From Patescibacteria group bacterium (lineage in GTDB: Bacteria; Patescibacteriota; Microgenomatia; 2-02-FULL-39-11), in NCBI GenBank assembly GCA_023379265.1, contig JAMCUI010000010.1, positions 200 to 64,199 on the forward strand: a stretch of DNA of 64,000 nucleotides. Direction: 5' to 3'. The notes beneath the pieces were generated by a model, which searched no databases, was not told the DNA's origin, and worked only from the letters and a program-made list of their open reading frames with translations. This document shows, piece after piece, positions 28,064-35,210 of this stretch. The translations under genes and the position numbers were made by a program. How positions within the stretch are numbered: position 1 is the stretch's first letter; every line of letters begins with the position of its first letter.

Positions 28064-30010
28064 ATGAGAAATATTTCGGGAGGAAAAGGTAAATCTATAT
28101 TTATACTTTTGCTGCTTCTGGTGGCGCTTTTCGTCGCCGTGGTTTTGGTGCGGCAAAATCAGGAATTAAGGAATAGGGCTGCGGGACTTAGCGTGACTTT
28201 AAGCTTGAATCCGTCTACAGATAATTTGAGTACGAGCAAACCAAAAGAATTTGATATAATCGCTACTTTCCAGAACGGGTCTTCAGGTGAAAAGTTGGAT
28301 GGAATAAGAACAGTCTTAAACTTTCCGGCGGCAAATATCTTCATTCCAGACAGCCCTCTTATAGACACATCGACTTCTGGCCTAAGTCCTTATAAGGTTG
28401 ATAGTCCTGCTGTAGCCAACCAGGCAGGGAAAATGAATATTACATTGATTGCTTCCACTCCGGGTAGCGGTCCGTCTACGGATAAACCTGTTATCATTGC
28501 CAAAGTTTTTCTTCAGGGTAAGGCTCCTATAACTTCAACTTCCGTAACATTTTCAGATACACAAATAGTAAATAACCAATCAGCACAAGTACCTGTCCAA
28601 CTAGAGAGTGCCAATTTGGGAGTGGTAATGGATAACGGAACAAGCTGTCTGACTTATCCGGTGACTGATACCTTCAGCGAATCAAGCTTGAATACGGATT
28701 TGTGGCAAGAATGGAAACAAAACGGCAGTGATTCTCTGACCTCTGGAAGTTTGCGTCTTATGGCAAACGGTGGCGGGTCTTCTGAGTCATATGGAGGTGT
28801 ATTGTCAGCAAAAACTTTGTGTGCAACGACTGGTGATTTTGACACTTCAGTTGACTTCAACCAGTTTACTACAAGCGGTCAATCGGAGGCTGATGCTATT
28901 TTATCTCTTGAGGACCAGACAAACGATTCTCATATATTTATTCAATATGCCAATAAAGGTAACAGTGCTGGTTTTGAAAGTAAACTGGTCATAAAGGGTC
29001 AGGACCAGACTGTGCAGGATAAGTGGACACCCATGTCCGTGACTACTGGAAAACTTCGGATAGTGAGGCAAGGAGGGGTCTTTACTACATATTATGATAC
29101 AGGAAGCGGTTGGATACAGCAGGCTTCATTTATACCCGATTCTTTTGCTACAGCTTTGAATGTGGGATTATTTGCTAAAAGCTGGGGAGAGTATCCTACA
29201 GTCTCCGCCAATTTCGACAACTTTTCTTTTTCCCAAGCCAATCCCGCCCCTTCGTTTACTCCCACTCCGAGCCTGACACCTGTGCCAACCTTGACTCTTA
29301 TACCGACTCCTCCTTTAGGATCCAACCAATACCTTATAAATATAGGAGATAAACAATGGCTTACGATAAATGTGGGTGCTTCGGTGACTCCTCAGATAAG
29401 GTTTAAGGCAAAAGTGGCTTTTCTCCAGAATACACCGGATTTATACTTCAAGCTGAGAGTGAAGGATGAGTTGGCCTTTATGAATAATCCAACTGATCAG
29501 GGAACAACTGATTCATGCAATAATACTCCCGCCGGGGACTACGATTTTTGGGTACCGATGCGGGCGCAAAATGGGATTTATTCTCCAGTACCTTCTATAG
29601 GGACGCCTCCCTCTGGGATGAATATAGCTACAGTTTCGCCTGATGGATGGGTAATCCTTAATAATGTTCAGGCGGGGAAGTATTACTCAATTTTCTTGAA
29701 AGCCCCCAAAACCAGAGGGACACTCATGGTGCAGCATGTACTGCTTGCACCCAACCAGGACCAAAACATACAGGATTTTGACTGGACGACAAATGCATTG
29801 GCACCGGGAGATTTGCCTGACCCCAATAACGGCGGCAAACAGGACTGTACCGTCAATAGTGTGGACCTGTCGCTTATAGAACAGAGGCAAGGAAAGACTG
29901 ACCAGGATAGTCTGAATATAGCCGATGTGAATTATGACGGGGTGGTAAACGGAAATGACATTTCAAAAGTTGTCAATACGCTTTCGACAAAACCTGATGA
30001 CGATAAGTAA
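28064..30010 (+). CDS. Membrane-anchored adaptor protein: cohesin-like domain, ConA/LamG-like lectin domain, PT-linker, beta domain and C-terminal dockerin-like module
   Basis: N-terminus paralogous to 26929 (FDIIATFQNGSSGEKLDGIRTVLNF...ASTPGSGPSTDKPVIIAKV). The middle region is LamG-like. The linker is PAPSFTPTPSLTPVPTLTLIPTPP. The C-terminus is ADVNYDGVVNGNDISKV. Confidence 0.5.
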   Translation: MRNISGGKGKSIFILLLLLVALFVAVVLVRQNQELRNRAAGLSVTLSLNPSTDNLSTSKPKEFDIIATFQNGSSGEKLDGIRTVLNFPAANIFIPDSPLIDTSTSGLSPYKVDSPAVANQAGKMNITLIASTPGSGPSTDKPVIIAKVFLQGKAPITSTSVTFSDTQIVNNQSAQVPVQLESANLGVVMDNGTSCLTYPVTDTFSESSLNTDLWQEWKQNGSDSLTSGSLRLMANGGGSSESYGGVLSAKTLCATTGDFDTSVDFNQFTTSGQSEADAILSLEDQTNDSHIFIQYANKGNSAGFESKLVIKGQDQTVQDKWTPMSVTTGKLRIVRQGGVFTTYYDTGSGWIQQASFIPDSFATALNVGLFAKSWGEYPTVSANFDNFSFSQANPAPSFTPTPSLTPVPTLTLIPTPPLGSNQYLINIGDKQWLTINVGASVTPQIRFKAKVAFLQNTPDLYFKLRVKDELAFMNNPTDQGTTDSCNNTPAGDYDFWVPMRAQNGIYSPVPSIGTPPSGMNIATVSPDGWVILNNVQAGKYYSIFLKAPKTRGTLMVQHVLLAPNQDQNIQDFDWTTNALAPGDLPDPNNGGKQDCTVNSVDLSLIEQRQGKTDQDSLNIADVNYDGVVNGNDISKVVNTLSTKPDDDK

Positions 30011-30070
30011 ATTAATGCAGCGAAAAGTTCTTAGAGTTCGTAAAGTTATTAAAGTTAATTTAGTCTATAT

Positions 30071-30676
30071 ATGAACCAACAGGGATCTTCTGATTACAGG
30101 AAAATTTTAGTGGTTGTCTTGGTGCTTGTGATTCTTTTGGGTGCCATAGTTGTCATAAGGGCCCAGAGGAATGCGGCTTTACAAAAAAGCATGGAAGTCC
30201 AAAAAGTTGCACCAACTATTATCTTATCTCCAACAAGTTTGCCTTTGGTAGGAGAGTATTCCTTCTCGGGAGTACCTGTCAGCGTAAAAGTAGGACAGAC
30301 TTTTAACGTAAGCATCGATTTTAAGGCGCCAAAAACGGTATTGGATGGGGCTGATGCTTATGTAAGATTTAATCCGACCTATTTGAAAGCAGATAGCGTC
30401 ACTGAAGGTCCTTATTTTTCCGAGTATCTGAGGAAAACCATAGATAACGAGGAGGGTATGGTAAAAGTGACTGGTTTTAGGTCAAAAACGGGTGATACTC
30501 TTGATAAAAACGTCACTTTCTTTACCCTCTCCCTGACAGCCCAAAAAAGCGGATTGACAAATCTGACTTTTGATTTCCAGAAGGGAAGGACCAACCTTTC
30601 AACATTGGTAGAAAAGGGAACAAGTAGAAACGTATTGGGTACAACTGGTAAAGCAGTCATTACAATAGCTCAATAA
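30071..30676 (+). CDS. Membrane-anchored single cohesin-like domain protein
   Basis: N-terminal TM, then VKVGQTFNVSIDFKAPKTVLDGADAYVRFNPTYLKADSV...VTFFTLSLTAQKSGLTNLTFDF. 201 aa. Confidence 0.5.
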   Translation: MNQQGSSDYRKILVVVLVLVILLGAIVVIRAQRNAALQKSMEVQKVAPTIILSPTSLPLVGEYSFSGVPVSVKVGQTFNVSIDFKAPKTVLDGADAYVRFNPTYLKADSVTEGPYFSEYLRKTIDNEEGMVKVTGFRSKTGDTLDKNVTFFTLSLTAQKSGLTNLTFDFQKGRTNLSTLVEKGTSRNVLGTTGKAVITIAQ

Positions 30677-30678
30677 TT

Positions 30679-31419
30679 ATGAAGAGGAAGCTTATTTTCA
30701 CTTTTTCGCTGGTAGCGTTCCTTTTTTGTATCAAAGGTGTCAAGGCAGAGGAAGTTCATGCACAGGTTTTTAAGATGCAGCTTGCCAACCCTTCACAAAC
30801 GATCAATGTAGGGGATAATTTTGATATACAGATTATGATAAATACCGCCGGTCAGTCTACCATAAACGGAGACGCGCTTATTACATACGATCCCAATGCG
30901 ATTACTATTGATTCAAGTAATGTCAAGACGGGCAATTTCTATACCTATTTCAGCGCCAATCCTTTAGGTGGATACAATAATAAATTTCTTATCTCCAGTT
31001 GGGAGGAAAGTGTTGCTCACGCAAAATCTACTTCTACAGACGCTCTTTTTGCAACCATGACTGTAGCAGCCAAAAATCCTGGTACAACTACACTGTCTTT
31101 TGACTGTACTACCGGAAATGAAGCTGACTCCAATATCAATTTGGCATCCGATTCATCCGACATCATAAAGTGTCCTCTGCAGCCTTTGACAATAAATATA
31201 GGTGGGGCGGCTCAGCCGACTGCCGCGCCAACCTCAGCCGCTCCAACTTCAGCTCCAACTACTGCGCCAGCAGCAACAAGTACGCCAATTCCCTTGCCAA
31301 CCAAAGCTCCTAGGCCAACTGTGGCAGAGTTAAAAAGAGCAGGAGGAGCAGAAATGACAATTTTAGGATTGGGAGTAGGATTTATACTGACCGTAGTGGG
31401 CGTGGTTTTTGCTTTATAA
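30679..31419 (+). CDS. Cohesin-like domain protein with an Ala/Pro/Thr linker and a C-terminal membrane anchor
   Basis: Signal peptide. INVGDNFDIQIMINTAGQSTINGDALITYDPNAITID is cohesin-like. Followed by AAPTSAAPTSAPTTAPAATSTP and a C-terminal TM (ILGLGVGFILTVVGVVFAL). Confidence 0.5.
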   Translation: MKRKLIFTFSLVAFLFCIKGVKAEEVHAQVFKMQLANPSQTINVGDNFDIQIMINTAGQSTINGDALITYDPNAITIDSSNVKTGNFYTYFSANPLGGYNNKFLISSWEESVAHAKSTSTDALFATMTVAAKNPGTTTLSFDCTTGNEADSNINLASDSSDIIKCPLQPLTINIGGAAQPTAAPTSAAPTSAPTTAPAATSTPIPLPTKAPRPTVAELKRAGGAEMTILGLGVGFILTVVGVVFAL

Positions 31420-31470
31420 ATTGTTGAAGATTAATTTTACACTGATAGTATTGAGTTTTGAGATAACATT

Positions 31471-32181
31471 ATGCATCTGACATCTTTCAAAAAATCGCTC
31501 AAAATTGTAGGAATAATCACGGTTTTGGCTGCAGCTCTTGGCGCAACCATAATAGGCGGAAGTCGCGCAGCACAGCAATTTGCCAAAGCCTCTACATGTC
31601 CGGCACAAAAGATTGCCTCTGCTCAAGTGGGAGCCAATAGCGCAGTTGTCGCCTGGGAGACTACTGATGTCAGTCAGGGAAGAGTGGAATATGGAACTGC
31701 TCCAACTAGCCTAAATTTTACCGCACCGGAGGCAACGAGCGGTAAGATACACAATGTGCCTCTGACGCTTTTGACGCCAAATACTGTCTATTATTATCTA
31801 GTGGCCATAGGGGACAATAAATGTGATTCTTCAGGACAGACTTGTACGGATAATTGTGTGCCTTACAGTTTTACCACCGGTGCTATATCGCCTCAGCCGG
31901 AACTGGTCACAACCACTACTCCCACGCCTCCGGTTTCTCCAACTTTAATACCTCCTGTTGGTACGCCAACCGGTGTAGCTACCCCGTCATCCATGATTTC
32001 ACCATCTAGCAGTGTCAGTCCGACAGGAGGACTTAGCAGTTTTTGCGCTCTGGTACAGGCAAATATCGGCCGCAGCAGTAAAGAGACTTCAGTCTGGAGT
32101 ACATTCAAACAGTACGATATTGATGGAAACGGTATAATAAACGGTTTAGACGTCATCAAATGCCAGCAGAGCGGAAAATAA
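31471..32181 (+). CDS. Membrane-anchored FN3/purple-acid-phosphatase-N-like domain protein with a C-terminal dockerin-like segment
   Basis: N-terminal TM. The FN3-like region is VVAWETTDVSQGRVEYGTAP...NTVYYYLV. PT-linker present. The C-terminus is YDIDGNGIINGLDVIKC. Confidence 0.45.
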   Translation: MHLTSFKKSLKIVGIITVLAAALGATIIGGSRAAQQFAKASTCPAQKIASAQVGANSAVVAWETTDVSQGRVEYGTAPTSLNFTAPEATSGKIHNVPLTLLTPNTVYYYLVAIGDNKCDSSGQTCTDNCVPYSFTTGAISPQPELVTTTTPTPPVSPTLIPPVGTPTGVATPSSMISPSSSVSPTGGLSSFCALVQANIGRSSKETSVWSTFKQYDIDGNGIINGLDVIKCQQSGK

Positions 32182-32187
32182 CCTCGA

Positions 32188-34935
32188 TTAACTTAGGGCT
32201 GCTATATCATTTTGGCTGAATGTTTGGAGTGCTACACGCTTATATAGATCGTCGCTAACCACTTTTCCTCTGGGATTTAGAAGAAGGATAAAAGAATTCC
32301 TGCCGCTTGCCGGTCTTACTTTGATTAACCTTCCCCGAAAATATAGAGGATCCTGGACCATTTTCCAGGCATAATAATCAAGGTCTCCGAACTGTATTTC
32401 CTCCAAAGGGCTAGCTACAAAAATATTACCGTCGATATTGACTTCAACATTAGGAGCTTGACGAATCATTTTTTCTCTTATCGTTTTTCTATCTTGAGAA
32501 GAAAGTCTATGGGTTTCGGATCTTTTGTTCCGACTGACTGCCACCTTTTCATAAAATTTAAGCGAAGCCAGTCGTACGGATGCAGCGCTTCTGCCTCTTT
32601 TAGCTTTTTTTTGGATGCCCGCTACCGGTTTTCTTCTTTCTTTTATATATACCTGATTAAGTCTACTTTCAGAAATTTCCTGCATTCTTTTTTCTATGGC
32701 AAGTATAGCTTTTTCCTGCCATTCCTTGAGACTACGATCAAAAAGAAATCCGCCGATAGCTCCACCTGCAGGTGGTTCTGTCCAGACTATAATGTATCTG
32801 GCAAATTCGTCTTCGATTCCGGGACTGCTTGGATCAAGAGTGAGGAACTTTCGGAGTCTTTGCAAAGGATGTTTATCTCTGTCGGTAGTGAAGATATAAA
32901 CGGGTTTGCCGTCAACTGTAAGATCAAGTTTGATTTTTTTCATTACAGCTTCAGGTTTACTGCCGATTGGAGGATTGTCCACGGGATAAAGATTTAATTT
33001 AGGATTGTTAGTATCCCACTCTGTTATTTCATAATAATAATCTTTACCCTTTATTCCTTCCTCGTCTTCACTGCGCATACTTTCAATAATCTTGTCCAGT
33101 TCATCGGTATGAGTCTTCATCTTCAAAAACCACTCCTTGTTTGAGTCGAAAAGATCCATCATAAGGAGTAGTTTGGCCCGGCTGGTCCAAGGCAATTCTT
33201 GTGATTGTTTGCTAGCAGAGATATTCTTCCTGAAAGGGTTTGGCTCGCCTGATGGTAGAAGGCTGCGGTTGGGATGCATGTTGTGCATGAGAAGTATAAG
33301 GTCAAGGAGTCGGGTGGTTTTTACTTCGTCTGAAAGATTGAATCTGGTAGCTTCGCCGCGACTTCCAGTAAAAAATGACAGCGCCTCTTCCTCGATTTCT
33401 CTCATAAAAGTGTTAATATCAAAAGACAGCCGGCTGAATATATCTTCAGTAATTCCCATAACCAATTGGAAATTCTGTTGAAGACGCTGTCGTATTTCTT
33501 CCAGCTCTAAAGTTTCTTTCCCGTCAAGGCTTTCGGTATTGGCTCTTAATCTGCGCGTGTGTTCAAGCGCCTGGATAAGTTTTATGCCAAAATTTTCTTC
33601 AGTGGGATTAATGTTAAAAGTTCTGAATAATACTTCATAGATTTGTATGAGATGATGATTTAGTCTTCCTGTTTCACCAGTATCGACTCCTTCGGATTTG
33701 ACGTGCCTACTTATAAGTTCCTGCCACTCCTGTGGTCCTAAAATACCCAATGCTGGTATGAAATCTGCAGTCATATAAGGTTCCTGCGGACCGGCCTCAG
33801 CAACTGCAGACACGTCTGAGCGGATTGCCATCCGTTGCATTGATTTTGCCATTTCCCAGTCCAGATAGTATCTTCTTGTAAGTTCGAGATGGTTGTCTGT
33901 ACGTGTTTTACTTAATCTTTGGTGGGCTACATTTGTGTCATAATCCACCATTTTGGCCAACAATTCTTTACTTTTGTCGTGTTCTTGTGGCTCAAAATTC
34001 TTTTGGAAAGTTGCTAGCATTTGCTGGTAGGTAAGTGAATCGTCATCAGGGAATGTATAGCTACGAGAAAGTGGATTGAATTTCCCTATCATGGCAGCTA
34101 CATGTTCTGGATTTTCCAAATCAAGTTTCCGGAGAAATTCAAGCCGTTCTCTTTTCCACCGGCTTGATTTTTTCCTGCCATATTTCGGGTGGTCAGAGTT
34201 TGTCAGAAGATCAATTAATATATCCCGGCGTACCTGAGCCTCATATTTTTCGGCCTGTTTTATAACTGCTAAATTATAGTTATCCATCATCTGCTGGTTG
34301 GCAACAACACCGGCTCTTTGGCGAGCTGCACCTGGTCGCATCGAATCGACAATTGTAATTATTCTTTGAGCTCCTTTTTTATCACTGACGGTTACCGTGC
34401 CTCTTTCTAAAAGGTATCTGACTTGTAAGGGGGATAGAGCCACAGTATCATCTATCTTATCTTGTGGGTTGATTGAAAGAGGTTTAAAAGATGCCGGCAA
34501 CTCGGTAATAGTCAGCGATTCCCTGTGTGTTTGTCTGCCATTACCATGGTTAAAAGAATATTCACGCTGGTTTTGTATAATTCTGATATCATTAGGCGTT
34601 ATAGTATAGTCATGTAATTTCTCGCATACTGATATTGCTGCAGTTTCCAATAAATCATCTCTAGAAAATTCATAGGGTTTCGGCAGGTGTTTTCCCGGGA
34701 GCATCGTCTGTCCTTGCTCTTCGGATGAAATACTTTTTATAACCCAGTAAGATTTTGTCAGCCAAGTCTGGGAAGGATTGGGAGGGTTTGCTTTTTGACT
34801 TAATACATCTGACCAATTGAAGCTAAGTTGGCCTCTAAGTTCATTTGGTGAAATTTGCTGCAATGGCATTACCCGAACCACATTTTCTGCAGGCGGTTCG
34901 TGTTCGGCAGGTAACATTTCTCTAGCTTGAGCCAT
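32188..34935 (-). CDS. Large (915 aa) uncharacterised soluble protein, divergently transcribed from the Rel/SpoT-like gene
   Basis: Long uninterrupted ORF with GC-richer codon usage than the glycan island. A strong SD (AGGGAGG) sits 10 nt before the ATG. No recognised catalytic motifs. Confidence 0.55.
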   Translation of the reverse strand: MAQAREMLPAEHEPPAENVVRVMPLQQISPNELRGQLSFNWSDVLSQKANPPNPSQTWLTKSYWVIKSISSEEQGQTMLPGKHLPKPYEFSRDDLLETAAISVCEKLHDYTITPNDIRIIQNQREYSFNHGNGRQTHRESLTITELPASFKPLSINPQDKIDDTVALSPLQVRYLLERGTVTVSDKKGAQRIITIVDSMRPGAARQRAGVVANQQMMDNYNLAVIKQAEKYEAQVRRDILIDLLTNSDHPKYGRKKSSRWKRERLEFLRKLDLENPEHVAAMIGKFNPLSRSYTFPDDDSLTYQQMLATFQKNFEPQEHDKSKELLAKMVDYDTNVAHQRLSKTRTDNHLELTRRYYLDWEMAKSMQRMAIRSDVSAVAEAGPQEPYMTADFIPALGILGPQEWQELISRHVKSEGVDTGETGRLNHHLIQIYEVLFRTFNINPTEENFGIKLIQALEHTRRLRANTESLDGKETLELEEIRQRLQQNFQLVMGITEDIFSRLSFDINTFMREIEEEALSFFTGSRGEATRFNLSDEVKTTRLLDLILLMHNMHPNRSLLPSGEPNPFRKNISASKQSQELPWTSRAKLLLMMDLFDSNKEWFLKMKTHTDELDKIIESMRSEDEEGIKGKDYYYEITEWDTNNPKLNLYPVDNPPIGSKPEAVMKKIKLDLTVDGKPVYIFTTDRDKHPLQRLRKFLTLDPSSPGIEDEFARYIIVWTEPPAGGAIGGFLFDRSLKEWQEKAILAIEKRMQEISESRLNQVYIKERRKPVAGIQKKAKRGRSAASVRLASLKFYEKVAVSRNKRSETHRLSSQDRKTIREKMIRQAPNVEVNIDGNIFVASPLEEIQFGDLDYYAWKMVQDPLYFRGRLIKVRPASGRNSFILLLNPRGKVVSDDLYKRVALQTFSQNDIAALS

Positions 34936-34939
34936 CTTA

Positions 34940-34972
34940 AAAAAACCTCCCTTTATATTTGGGAGGTCTCTA
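34940..34972 (-). promoter_or_regulatory. Start-proximal hairpin pairing an anti-SD (ACCTCCC) with the SD (GGGAGGT), followed by a U7 run, directly upstream of the 915-aa gene ATG
   Basis: The minus-strand mRNA reads acctccc-aaatataaa-gggaggt-ttttttt-aag-AUG. A 7-bp perfect stem contains the SD. Confidence 0.4.
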
Positions 34973-35210
34973 AATTTTTTAAGCTTATAACAAAGATTTT
35001 ACCACTGACCTCCCATATAGGCAAAGTGCCAATTTCGGACAATAAGGAGGCAGATGGAATGTATTCTACTTAACATACGTTGGTATTTTAAGCCCGAGGC
35101 CTATATAAGTCAAGTCTACAAGATTTGCCTTTTATAGCTATAAAGCCTATAATACCAATCCAATTATTTGGTAGTTATACTTGAGAATTTAATAGCGTCT
35201 TTTTAATTTC

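Noticed and set aside
30679-31419. Possible LPXTG sortase signal (LPTKA + hydrophobic tail) at the C-terminus of the cohesin-like protein
   Set aside because: The motif is LPTKA, not LPxTG. The hydrophobic segment ends the protein with no positively charged tail. It is better explained as a simple C-terminal TM anchor.
32458-33481. Plus-strand ORFs (32458..32997, 32696..32899, 33137..33481) inside the 915-aa gene
   Set aside because: They are nested antisense to a long uninterrupted ORF. They have no SD or start context and give Arg/Ser-rich translations typical of shadow ORFs.
34940-34972. Rho-independent terminator on the minus strand (acctccc...gggaggt + T7)
   Set aside because: It lies immediately upstream of, not downstream of, a minus-strand start codon and contains that gene's SD. 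It is reinterpreted as a 5' SD-sequestering hairpin.
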